From Eledone cirrhosa (lineage: Eukaryota), in contig OZ024740.1 in assembly GCA_964016885.1 (NCBI GenBank), positions 66,774,001-66,838,000 on the forward strand: 64,000 nucleotides of DNA, written 5' to 3'. Numbering within the stretch: position 1 is the stretch's first letter; each line of letters begins with the position of its first letter. A model generated the notes under the pieces. The model did not search any database, was not told the origin of the DNA, and saw nothing but the letters and a program-made list of their open reading frames with translations. A program made the position numbers and the translations under genes. This document shows positions 1-12,440 of the stretch, in pieces.

Positions 1-482
1 GTAGCAGCAGCATTGGTTGTACTCAATTTCCTTAAGCAAAATACCATGGTATTTTTGATATACATTAAACGAAATGGATATTTTAAAAGCTATTTCGGTT
101 GAATTTCCGTTTTGTGAACAAAGGAAATGATTTTTCCATGCAGAGTAAAATGAAACATTTACGAGACATGTTTTCTTCGTTAGATTATTAATATTCACAG
201 CTATATCGCTACTATCAATTCATCTAACAGTTCGAGTTAGAAGAACAGACGATTCAAATTGTCAGTGCATGGAAAATAAATGAATTTTTTTTTTTTTTTA
301 CAAACTAATCAAATTGAGTGTTAGACAACTGAAAGACAAAATCTTAAAAAGTTAGATGCATAGATCAATCAATTAATCGATAGATAGACTACTATAAAAT
401 TAGCGTTTTAGGTCGTAGGAGTTTTTGAGGACTTTCGAGAATAAGTGGGTGAAGAAGAAGAGAAGGTAGTTATACAATTAGG

Positions 483-513
<31 letters not shown>

Positions 514-1309
514 TGGTGGGTGTATGTGTGTATGTGAGAGAGAGAGAGAGAGAGAGAAAGAGAGATCGTGTGTGTGTGTGTGTGTGTGTGTATGTAAGGT
601 AAACAGAAATAACAACGCAATCGCAACAGTACATGGAAGGAATATATTAGTTTAACGTTTGAAATAGCAAGAAGAGGGTCTAGTCCTTGAACAGAAGAAA
701 GAATAAAAAATTAGTAAGATTGAAGGGTGAAATCGGAAAAAATGTGTTTCGAGAAAAATATCTGGTTCATTCATGTTGCAATCTTTTTAAAAACTGCTGA
801 TGCTGGCGTTTAGTGCATGATATACATCTTTAGAAAGTAGCTATGAAAGGTAGAGGTGTATGTCAATATTTAGTTGGTCCCTATCACCTGTAAGAGAACC
901 ATGGGAAACTAGGGATTATATATATATATACATGTGTGCGTGCGTGCGTGCGTGTGTGCAGAGAAGAAAACATATCACAGAATGAGAAGATCGTATAAAA
1001 AGAATGAAACTAGAATGAAGAGGCACAGAGATGAAGAACTAATATCATTGGGGAAGTCATAGAATCTGTGACGAAACTAATTTGACTAAATAACCAATAA
1101 CAACTAGAAATAAAACTAAAGTAAATGTGAAATAGTACGTGTATTTTTATTAGCATAATTGGAAATATGGCCATCCCCAAATATAATAATATTTGTTTCA
1201 ACACACGATTACAAATCATAATTCTTGCAAAACAAATACATACGTGCACACTCACGCAGCGGAGGCACACATAGGCACACGCTTACACATAGTTAGACAC
1301 ACACACAAC

Positions 1310-1349
<40 letters not shown>

Positions 1350-1484
1350 TACGTTATTCCGGGTTGAATCGGAGGTAACCACAGTAAGTAAGGTACTCAA
1401 TACATAGTAGAGTATAACAGTTTTAATATAGATGAGATTCAACAGGACTAGAACTGTTTCATTCTTTAGAATGAAACAGTTCTA

Positions 1485-1935
1485 GTAGTATATATATACA
1501 TACATACATGCACACATATATATATATGTACGTATGGGTTTACCGAACATTTATTATAATGCTCGGTTTGTTTGTAAAAAAACAGCCCAAATTATTAGCC
1601 GTACAGTGTTCGACAACCATCGTTGCCATTTTGTTCAACACTGACAAAGGAACGATGAACTAGTTTCTAGCTTATTAGCTGTCATCAGCACCGTATACCT
1701 TCTTGTCAGTCGGTTGAACGTTTGAAAGTATATACTTTCCTCATGCATATTAACGGCTGAGCAGCCTAATTTGCATATCGAGTGAGTTAGTCAGCCGGGT
1801 GTACCGAAAACGATAAATGCATGTATGTATGTGTATACATACTACTCTACGCCTGTATACATATATGTATGTACGTATACATACTTATATTTAAGTATCA
1901 GCCGTACTAAGAGTGAGAAATGGAATTTCATTTTA
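1485..1935 (-). mobile_element. ORF-less HHR-containing repeat, family R429 (minus arm ~1485-1820, inverted arm ~1820-1935)
   Basis: Same sequence recurs at 35235-35660, 44215-44705 and 59100-59835; contains HHR 1653-1693; bounded by (TA)n. Confidence 0.8.
1653..1693 (-). ncRNA. Minimal type-I hammerhead ribozyme
   Basis: Minus strand CGGTG-CTGATGA-CAGCTAATAAGCTA-GAAA-CTAG-TT-CATCG: stem I, conserved core, stem II, palindromic stem III. Confidence 0.8.
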
Positions 1936-1975
1936 TATGTATATATATATGTATATATATACATATATATACATA

Positions 1976-2051
<76 letters not shown>

Positions 2052-2054
2052 TGA

Positions 2055-2163
<109 letters not shown>

Positions 2164-3163
2164 TAAAATGAGTGTGTGTGTATGCATTTTTTCACATGTT
2201 TTATGCTGTGCTGAAAATTCTGTTTCATACGTTTACTAAAGCCATGGACGCAAACATTTGTATCGTTGTAGCTTATATTGAGGAAAATACAACACACGAG
2301 AAGTAATGGTTGACAAAGTATTAAAAAGTATGTGCGTAATTAGATTCCGTTTAAAATGTCACGTTTTTACACACCTGTCTTGTACCTGCATTACTAGATG
2401 GGTAAGCAATTGAACTTTACAAATTACCTCCGCCACAATCCTCTTAGTGTTTATGGCAATGTAGTGTTCATCACAAACTTTACATGTTACACATAATATC
2501 TAAAGTATCATAACTCATATAAATTACAATATGTAATTTTATTACTAATAATTGTTTCTACTTTTGGCACAATAGTAATTAATAAATGTAAATAGTTGTT
2601 ATCGCAGGTAATGTGGCACCCCTGACCTTGTTAAGAGAACAGGAAATTGCATCTAAGCGGCCTTACGACTGGTCGAGATTGATGCGTCGCATATCAGCCA
2701 GAAGACGCGCCTTAAAGCCCACAATGCATAGCAGTTTCCGGTGTGTTGAATACGGACGCCGTCTATCAATGTGTTTGCATTGACTAGCAGACCACTTCCG
2801 TATCATGTTGATTCTTTGTTTATATTTTGCCGTAATCAGGTAAATGATTACATAACCTTTGTGAATTACACCTAATGACGTCGCACTATGACAAGCACCA
2901 TGATCTGACGAAGTATATCTGACGGACATAAAAATACGTACTGTGATGTTGGCAACATTAACAGAATATTTGAAATCCTGCATACTTTTTCATTGAAGAA
3001 CGTTACTCCGTTCTTTTACCATGCACGATATACCACATCTAAGATGGATGATACGCGTAAAGTCGAGTGATTTTGCTTAGTGTATCACTGTCTGCTAATT
3101 GGAATGACTAGATCATCCATTAGTTAATACAGGCAACACACACACACACACTGATATATATAC

Positions 3164-3194
<31 letters not shown>

Positions 3195-3234
3195 AATTAC
3201 ATAAATATAAAAGTTATATTAAAATCTTTTAATC

Positions 3235-3279
3235 GCTGACAATTGTTTCTTCGAAATTTTAGTTTGGAGTCATCGGAAC
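3235..3279 (-). ncRNA. HHR-like motif (CCGAUGA core variant) in Penelope pLTR
   Basis: CCGATGA-CTCCAAACTAAAATTTCGAA-GAAA-CAATTG-TC-AGC; inverted copy at 5936-5980. Confidence 0.6.
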
Positions 3280-4345
3280 ATTATCAATTTTACATGAAAT
3301 TAAAAGAACAGAGTGGAATATATGCGACAGATAATACAAGAGAATAGTCAATAATTAAAGAGGCATTGAGAAAGAAGTACATATTCAAGCGTGTAGACAT
3401 TGCACATGCGTTAGTCATATATATGAGAAGGAAACAAGCAAAGGTATTAGGCATATATGAATACTGTATGGTAAGGTATTACATAAAATACAAGCACTTT
3501 AAGCGAATATGTTAGTGTATTATGGAGGATGTAATGCGATGATAGCTTCTGTAGAGTTCAAATTTGTATGTGTGGAGAATATGAAAGTGACTCATTTCCC
3601 ATCCATTACATATGTTAATTTATATTTTAGTTAATGTTTGTATTGAATGTTTTTAGTTAGTTATATAATGGATTGTAACTTGGTCTTATTGTATTCATAT
3701 TCATGGATTAGAGTTGTTCTAAAGCGAGATTTTCTAACGGTTTAATATCCGGAAGTGGATATGAGATTAAAAAAATTAAGGGGAGCTAATGCGTAAGGGG
3801 AGGTAACTAGCTCATTAAACTATTTAAAATATTTGCGCTAATAGACATTATATAGTGTCACAATTGAATCCCTTTTACATAATATTATATATATATATTT
3901 AATTTTAAATACAGTCTACTCTCTCATAATATATTAAAGTTTTCATTAGATTGTTATCTATTTAATACTAGGCAAGATATGAAATAAGGTATAGCTGTTT
4001 ACATGTTAAATTAGATAAATCCCTTATGTTAATAATTTAATCCTTTATATACAATGATATTAATTTATACATTTAATTATAAATATATATATAATTCATT
4101 GTCACATATTACATTTAATGTCTATACATATTATATATCAATTACTGTATATATTATAAGTAATTTAAAGTATTTATATATAAAACGTGGTGACTATATG
4201 TTTATTTCTAATAGTTATTGTAGAGTATAATGTTTGAGATAAATATGATTTGTGTAGAGGAAAGAGCAGATGCTGTGGGGGAAGAAAGGTCTTAGAGGTG
4301 AAGTGTTAATGGAGGTGAGAAATTCCAATCTGACATCGTTATATA

Positions 4346-5302
4346 CTAGCGGCTAGGTTTAAAGCTATGGAATAAGTGTCGGTAGTGGTGCTGGCACGAG
4401 GAAAACATCTCTGACTTTTTATTTAGGAGGTTTAGTTTCGAAAAGATTATAGTACGGGTCTCTAGAAGACAGAGGTTACAAAATGTATTCGGTGGTTTAT
4501 ACGATGTAGCCCTACATACTACTTCCCATTGAAGTGTATATGGTCTATTCCTAGTTTTCAGAGAGTGTATGTAGCTAGATAGCGAAGTGGAGTTGGCTAG
4601 ATTGTGTTTTTTGAAAGAGTGGAGGTGAGAGTTGTATCTCGTCTTGAAGCAGTTCGAAGTAGAGCCAATATATGTTTTAGAAGAGTTGTGTGTGCTGACC
4701 GTGCAGGAGTAAATTATGTCTTTGATTAAGCAATTATTACCTAATGGGCAAGTTCTATTTGATCTACAGTTATATTTATTTTGGATGTTATCTTGCCGGT
4801 TATTATGTTGTGTAGACTTCTGGTTGCTATGGATAGCATTAGGGTAATGATGGTTGTCGTTCATATTGTTATTGATATCATTAGTATTATTACTATTATT
4901 ACTATTGCTACTAGGGTTTGTAGGTATTATGTTGTTCTGTAAGTTTACCTCCTGCTGTGTTTTAATTAATTGGAAATAATTATTAATCTTCCTTTTATTA
5001 CTACTAGCTATATGGTATGCGATGTTAGGTGTGGTAGAGTAAGAGATTTTAATGGTGTTTTTATTTATAAGATTTTGGGATTTGTGGTCAGATGGGAAGA
5101 TTTTTTCTAGGATTGAGAAGAAAGCCTTAGGCAAGTTGGTGGAGACGTTTAGATTAAAAGGTGGATTGAAGAATGTCTTAGTTCTTCTATTTTTGTTTTT
5201 TGTAATATCTTTTGAGGTATTTCTGTTTATAATATTATTGATATTACACTTCGTATTAGAGTCAGGTTGGCTAGTACACTTATTATTTTTCCTCATGGCC
5301 AT
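4346..5302 (-). pseudogene. Penelope GIY-YIG endonuclease region with Asn-rich linker
   Basis: IIY...YIG motif, Cys cluster upstream, CNLCLLE and LNKKSE motifs. Confidence 0.9.
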
Positions 5303-5935
5303 ATTGTGAGAAATAATGCTGTAACACTGATTTTATAGGTAGGAATTCAATCCCATTGTTATGGCCTGATTTAGCTAACGCCTTATTATAGTATTGGGAA
5401 TTATTGTTAAATATGGTTTCGTTATGTGATAGATTAGAGATTCTATTAGATATTCCTTTAGTGATTGAGTTTAATATGGATTTACGATACTTAGACTTGG
5501 TATCCACATAAATTAGATTTTCGTTAGGTTTATGAAAGGTGTATCTATTTTAGAGTCTAGGTAAAGGGTAGCATCAAGGAAGTTAACGTTTTTAGTGTTT
5601 TTATCTAAGGTGATACTTAAGTTAAAGTTTTTGAAAAATTTATGTAATAGTTTCCTAATTCTTTCTATATTAAATTTTATAGTCGAAAGGGAGTAGTGCA
5701 TCAGCGCGGTATAAACTACAATTGAGGTAGGATAGGTTCTTATGAATTTCATTTAGTAGATATAGGCCCACCAAATCAAATTTTAATTTGAATTATTGTA
5801 CAATTCCCGTATAATATATGTCGCATCCATTACACCCTGTAAATACTAAATTGTTGTTCACAACATCAATATATATGTATCTATATGATTGTTCAGTTGA
5901 ATAGGAGGTTAATTATATGTACAAACATTAATAAT

Positions 5936-5980
5936 GCTCCGATGACTCCAAACTAAAGTTTAGAAGAAACAATTGTCAGC
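5936..5980 (+). ncRNA. HHR-like motif in inverted pLTR copy
   Basis: GCT-CCGATGA-...-GAAA-CAATTG-TC-AGC; 5930-6025 is the reverse complement of 3192-3285. Confidence 0.6.
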
Positions 5981-6304
5981 GATTAAATGATTTGAACATA
6001 ACTTTGATATTTGTGTAATTTATATCCCTGATCTGTAAAACACCTGATGTTCTTACATTGAGTTATTTCTCTTACTGCTAATAAGGTAGTAATACATTAC
6101 TGACCTTTCCTATTTATAGTTATTTATAGTATAGTATATACATAACTAAATAATATCATTATTATATATATATATATATCAAGTAATAATATTTTCGAAT
6201 CAGCGACTGAGTTTGAAATTATTGTAAATGTAAGCTATCGCCGTATTTTGACTAGAGAAATTAAAGAAATTATTTAGCCTGATAGTGGGGTTAAGAACCA
6301 TCGC

Positions 6305-6470
6305 AGGTGCTTTCAAAATCGTTTTCCAAGATATTGAATAATCTATATTCTTGCTTTTTAAGTTCCATATAAGATGTGAAAGAGAAGTAAACGAATTATT
6401 ATCAAATTTTCTGAAAGAATGATTATGGTTATTCCAGCGATCTTTAAATTTTGTAGATGTGGCACTGACA
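6305..6470 (-). pseudogene. Penelope GIY-YIG fragment
   Basis: STKFKDRWNNHNHSFR..TSLSHLIWNLKSKNIDYSISWK in ORF 6200-6586. Confidence 0.8.
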
Positions 6471-6496
6471 TTTATAAATTTATAAAGCACTCTTTG

Positions 6497-6558
6497 TATT
6501 TTGTCTGATGAGAGCGTACCGAAGTTTTTGGTACCCTTGAAATATATATAATAGAATA
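6497..6558 (+). ncRNA. Type-I hammerhead ribozyme
   Basis: TATTTTGT-CTGATGA-GAGCGTACC..GGTACCCTT-GAAA-TATATA-TA-ATAGAATA with an 8-bp stem I including GU pairs; decayed copy at 30281-30341. Confidence 0.7.
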
Positions 6559-6692
6559 AATATGGTTTTATAAATATAGTTTCCATTTATTTAATATCAT
6601 TGAATATTTAATCCAGAAATATGTCGAGTGCTCTGAATCAGTTATGAACGTTTATATTTGTTGAATTTACAGCAAATAAAATAACCCTTCTA

Positions 6693-6785
<93 letters not shown>

Positions 6786-6860
6786 TATATAATATATATA
6801 TATAATATATATATATATATATCAAGTAATTATGTTTTGAAACATTGAGCAGGTTTGAAA

Positions 6861-7064
6861 TTAGAAAATAGAATAGCTTTCACCGTATTTTTTACTAAAA
6901 TAATTTTAGCCTGATAATGGGGTTTAGAACCCACAGATAAATGGAAAAAGACGAGTATTGTACGTCAATACTCGTCTTTATCCATTTATCTGTGGGTTCT
7001 AAACCCCATTATTAGGCTAAAATTCCTTTAGTCAAAAATGCGGTGAAAGCTATTCTATTTTCCA
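6861..7064. repeat. ~200-bp imperfect palindrome (fold-back of a pLTR-like segment)
   Basis: Arms of about 100 bp around loop TACGT at 6961-6965; left arm resembles 6180-6300. Confidence 0.9.
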
Positions 7065-7091
7065 ATATATATATATATATATATGTGTGTA

Positions 7092-7125
<34 letters not shown>

Positions 7126-7383
7126 ATCATGTGTATGTGTGTTTGTGTATGTATATATATATAATTGTGTAAACAATTTATACTAGGCACAAAAACATAT
7201 GCCAAAGCAAATCAATTCTTAATCTTTCCATATATATATATATTAGAAAGTGAGTTTTTTTTTTACAAAATGAAAAATAACCGAGGTGTCCTACACGAGT
7301 GAAAGTATAAAGAAAAAGAGATGAAATCGAAAATGCAACTGGAGTCTTATTTTTTTATACAAAATATATATATTTATTTGGTT

Positions 7384-7421
7384 CCTTTACCGGTTTCGCA
7401 GTTCTTCTGCTTTTCAAAAGG
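7384..7421 (-). ncRNA. Decayed HHR in repeat 7310-7475 (copy at 30738-30895)
   Basis: CCTT-TTGAAAA-GCAGAAGAACTGC-GAAA-CCGG-TA-AAGG: stems intact, core mutated. Confidence 0.55.
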
Positions 7422-10340
7422 TGAGTTGAGATGGAGGGTCTGTGGTTTTTCTCACATCTGGTTGGTCTCTGCATGTTACTATATATATATATATATATAT
7501 ATGTTTATGAAAATCGGGCAGGTGCTTACTCCAGAGCTGGTATTGGTGCTATTGATGTTATATGGGGCAGAGATATTGGTGCTGGTAGTGGTGCTCCTCC
7601 TGCTGGTATTCCTTGTTATTGCCATGGTGGGATAAGTACTGATACTGAAGAAGAAAATAAGAAGAGGAATAAGAAGGAAAAGGAGTTGGAGAATGAGGAG
7701 GAGAAAAGTAAGGCTGGCGTATTTTTCTGAGATCAGACTCAAATTTCTATTTATATACACTTTGCAAAATTACTAAGTTTTCAATTCTTGTTGATTTTCT
7801 ATTTATCTATTTTAGTACTCACGACTGTTAATGTACTAAGATAACGTATTAAGTCAACTCTAGCCTTCTTAAATTTCCCGAGATATCTTAAATGAAAATA
7901 GAAACGAAAAATAGAAACGAAAACATTTCCAAAGTATTTTCAATCAAACACAACGGAAATATCATATTAATATTCACGAAAGAATTTAGCTTTTCGAAAG
8001 GGTTAAAGAAGATTATTGTCTATGTTACTAAACGTCCCTAGACACTAAATTACTATTAATATATTCAAACGCATTATCTGAAAGCTACGAAATGAGAGCG
8101 TGCCAATGCCAGAGTTCTGAAATAAGAGATAAGGTTCAAATCTAAGTCCGCTGATGAAACCAAAAGTATTATGAAGCATAAATAATGCAAATTCCTTTTT
8201 AAACCAATACTAATAAACCATGATTTACATATGCCGAGAGCTGTTTGATACTCATGGTGAATCTCCCAGCTTCGGTATTACTAATACCAATTAATCACAT
8301 ATAGGTAGATTTCTTAAATATACAATTCTAGTATTCTACTCTTCCGAAGAGAAAGAATATTATTATTATGAAAAATATATTGTCAAAATATAATAAAATA
8401 TTTTGTTATTTTGTTAAATTTCTTAAAATGTATATACTGTCAACACTAAGGTTGTCAATTAGTTGCATAAGAGGACAAATATCCACCAAAACAATACAGA
8501 AGGAATTTTGTTGGAAATCAATAAGAAATTGATTTTGATCGATCAACTTTTGACCATACCAAGAATTTAGCTGTTTATATAATTTGATTTTGACACATGA
8601 GGTTTCATTCATTTATTCTCGGAGTTGGTTACGTTACAAGATCAAAATTACAGTCTATCACCATTTGCTGTATTTTAATGTTCATTTTCCATCTAATAAT
8701 ATAATGCATATAATACATTGATTTCTTACATCGACTTTTCAATTATGGTGAAATACAATGGTTTTATCCAGGGCTTATGTGAAGCATATGTCTCAAAATT
8801 ATTAATGATTTCGTCGTAGATATGACCAAGACTACATAGAATCCAAGTCAATGACGACAAGCAGAGGGATATTGCACATGTATCTTATTTGGGCCGGTAA
8901 ATGTTCCTCTATCTGTAGCACTTCATTTCAAGATCTGTGTTTATCTTCCGAGCCCTGGCCTCAATTTTTGAAAAAATATTGGTGGAAGCAAAGAATATAT
9001 ACAGCAAGTTTACAAGACAACAGGAGGAGCAAAAACAATAAAAATAACATATATAAATAACGGGAAATAAGAAATAAATAAAATTAACTTGCTAACAAAT
9101 GTTGACGCCATCATCACCATTACTACCAGAACAAATAAAAACAAACAAATAATATAACCAGCATTACTACCAACAGAGTCACCGTTGCCATAATCACCAG
9201 CACCAATAAATCAAGGAATATAAAAGAAGCAAAGAAAACATACAACAGTGAAATGTTCAATATCAACTTATACAACAATACCTTTTTAATAACGGCCGCA
9301 AAATCGGAAGAAATATTCAGTATGGAGATAATTGAAAACGTCTCGTATTTAACATGGACTGCTAAACCTAGAATTAGAGAAGTAATGGGCAGACGTAACC
9401 ATATTAATATATATATATATACCTCTTTACAGAAACAAAACGGCTGGAAGCAACGTTACATTCATAAGAATAAAGAGCACTGAAGGAGATAATTCTGGCC
9501 TTCCAGTGTAATCGAAAGGCAAGTAGTCTGGAAGCATTTCAGTGCTCTTTAAAATTGAAGCATTAGCCGTTAAACACTCTGTAGTCGCCTAACAAAGTAG
9601 CTAATAGGTTTTCACGCTTCGTATGTAGAGAGAAGTTCGGTGTACGCTAGGAATGCGATTATTCATCCAAAGCTGGATATTTTATGGCTCTTGGCATGTG
9701 GGATTCTAAAGACTAGTAGCACCTTTCTAGAAATAAGATGAAATCGACCGGCAAACTGGTCTGATGTCACTGTGGAGGGGTTCTGTCATGTACAGGATGG
9801 AAAATATCTCCGATCTTATGTGCTTGCTAATTTGAGTGGTACGACCTGAAATATGTGCGAAAAAATTCTCACTGCCATATTTGCAGTGACACACACCATT
9901 TGAGAGTTTTTTGCTCTCAACAGAAACAGTGAAGCGCAATACACCTTGCTCCCACCTCCGAGGTACCCAACAACAACAACAATGATACTAACGGTAGAGC
10001 CAACTAGTGTAGCCACAAATCTGGTAGCAGTATTACCAACAGAAGTCAAGTGAATAAGAATACAAGCAACTACAGCATCATCACGACAAGTAACGTCAAG
10101 TGAGAATACAGCAATGTAAAAGCCCACCTAGCGTCTCTCCCAAAAAGATATCCCGCTCCCTCAAATAAGCAAACCTATTGATACACAAACAAAAACACAC
10201 CCATTTACATTCAGGTGGATTTTCAGACACGGGTACATACTCATCCCGCAGTGAAGGAGTAAATGGTCGATCGTTGCTAGATTGGGGCACTGCACGAGGT
10301 AAGTGACTTTGAGCCCTTCATCAGAGAGCAGATCGCTTCG

Positions 10341-10850
10341 ATGCATATCGGCATCTGCTCGGTGGTCAGAGTAAATGGTCAGCTATCGGAACCGTTTCAG
10401 ATCATGAGTTTGGTCGATCAAGCATTCACTCCCTCATTCTTTCTCTCTGTGGTAACTCTTCAGCCAGGAATGAGGAAATTAACACAATTGAACTGGAATT
10501 CGCTCAAACCGGAATGTAGGAGAGCTACTTCGGCAAATGCGGACGATGGCAGCGTGATAGTGTTGAATACCTCGAAAATCGACCCCTGAAGCAAATTAGA
10601 GAAATAAGAAAAGTTGAAACGAGCAAAAATTAATCTGAACAGATAGGTGGGTTTGCAGCTCTGTACCTGATCAGACTTCTTCAACAACATCATCAGGCAC
10701 GGTAAAATGAATCGGGGTTTGTTTCGTCCGGACTTACAATTTTATAAGAACTGAGATAATGTAACAAAATGGGTAATTACTTTCACCTTGTAATGGGACC
10801 TAGGGGCAGCTATCACTGAAACGTCCAGTAGAGAAAGCGACCGTCTGCAT
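10341..10850 (+). pseudogene. Highly decayed L1/Tx1-clade reverse transcriptase remnant
   Basis: VRVNGQLSEPFQI ... SANADDGSVIV resembles the Tx1 pattern VRVNG.LS.PF....QG.PLSP ... SAYADD. Confidence 0.6.
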
Positions 10851-12146
10851 GGCCTACTTTATTATTGCTATCAGAGTCGATGAAAAGTAGAATAAAATCA
10901 AATCAATCCATACGATTTTTTTATAAAGAAAAACACGAAAGACTCTCGGTTAAGCAATCTTAGCAAAATAATTTCCAATCCTGATTGGATTATATGCACT
11001 TAGTTAAATAAAATATTAATGACGACACCTACATTGTCTAAAACTCTCTGGTTAACATTGAGTTGCAGCTTAGAAAATGATGTGAACATTTTCAATGAAC
11101 TTTCAATAAACAACAAAATACATGTATGTGGATGACATACATCCCACGAGAGTCAACTTATTATTTCATCATTCCGAGGTTGACAATGTAGAGTGGAGAG
11201 TCTCTTAGTGCGGTTTATATAACCATTTATTGCTTCTCAAACAAATTACTGATGTTCTGCCAAAATTCGAATTATATGGAAGACAATGATGATATAGTCG
11301 ATAAAGATATCAGATTTCCACAATATACACCAATAGTTATAGGAGTGAAGATATCTTATACACATACAACACTAAGACGCCATCTAAATCGAAATGCAGT
11401 AGGCGAACCACATTAGTGTTATTTTGAACTACATTCCTTAAATACGATCATAGCTAACAATAATTTCTGAGTGCAATGTCTATCATATCGACAAGTAAAA
11501 ATGAATGTGGACTATTTAAATCAATATAGTACCCGTTAACATTGCAGAACCTGGTACCGTTATGAATCTATTAAACAGGCAACTAAATCTATGAAGCACT
11601 TCTATTTCAATACATTCTGGAGCGATCAATAATTTATGGGTGCAGAAGTAATTGGAATATTTAACTCGAATTAGAATTAGTTTACATTGGAGACGTTGGT
11701 ACAAATATAAACCTTTTAAAAATATACCTCAATCAGGAAAGCAATATCGATAGGAAAAGAGTTGTCTCCTTATTAAATACAACGCAATCTTCATGAATCA
11801 AAATTACATTATAACGTCCAGAACGCTATACGTCAAACATGAAGTGAGGAAAAGCAAAAAGATGCTTTATAGGATATAATATAAATGTTAACGAAAGGTT
11901 GAAATTTTGAAGAAAATTTGAAAACAGTTGGCAAGTTATTATATCAGCTATTCCCCATCCCAGACATTACTTTTCTTAATTTACAAAAACTGATGAACCA
12001 AAGATCTGTAGATACATATGCTCTGAGCAAATATAACCCATAATGTTTCACGTACACACACAGACGCACATAGACATACCCACGACGCACACACTCATAT
12101 ACACACACCACACATGCACACACACCTACTCCCCCATATATATAAA

Positions 12147-12186
<40 letters not shown>

Positions 12187-12217
12187 GAAGTGGTTACACA
12201 ACAGTTAGTTCACCATA

Positions 12218-12257
12218 CCGAGAACAATTGTTTCACCTTCGCGGATCTTCAGCTCGG
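12218..12257 (-). ncRNA. Minimal HHR in 3' pLTR
   Basis: CCGAG-CTGAAGA-TCCGCGAAGGT-GAAA-CAATTG-TT-CTCGG. Confidence 0.8.
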
Positions 12258-12440
12258 GATGTGTATGGTTATAGGAACAGGAAGGACAACCGTACGAACG
12301 CGCATACGCAGAAACTAGGTCGCTTCACACAGGCAATACTAGACTGCGTGCGGGAGGTGTAAGGGAGATAACTGCGAAAGTCCGGAAAGTTTTTAGGTTG
12401 AAAATAAAATTTAAAAAATTAAAAATAAAATTACAAAGAA

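Larger units (their letters stand above)
3190..5780 (-). mobile_element. Penelope-like retroelement, 5'-truncated and decayed (RT C-terminus, GIY-YIG, long 3' region, pLTR)
   Basis: ORFs 5513-5752 (VNFLDATL), 5283-5507 (ISNRISNLS..YYNKAL) and 4346-5302 (FFNPPFNLNV, NCRSNRTCPLGNNC, IIYSC..YIGST..FKTRY..H); HHR at 3235-3279. Confidence 0.9.

Noticed and set aside
7520-7730. Hydrophobic or charged ORFs
   Set aside because: Low-complexity decayed trinucleotide-like sequence without homology cues
8150-8165. CTGATGAAAC hammerhead core
   Set aside because: No stem II, GAAA or stem I partner
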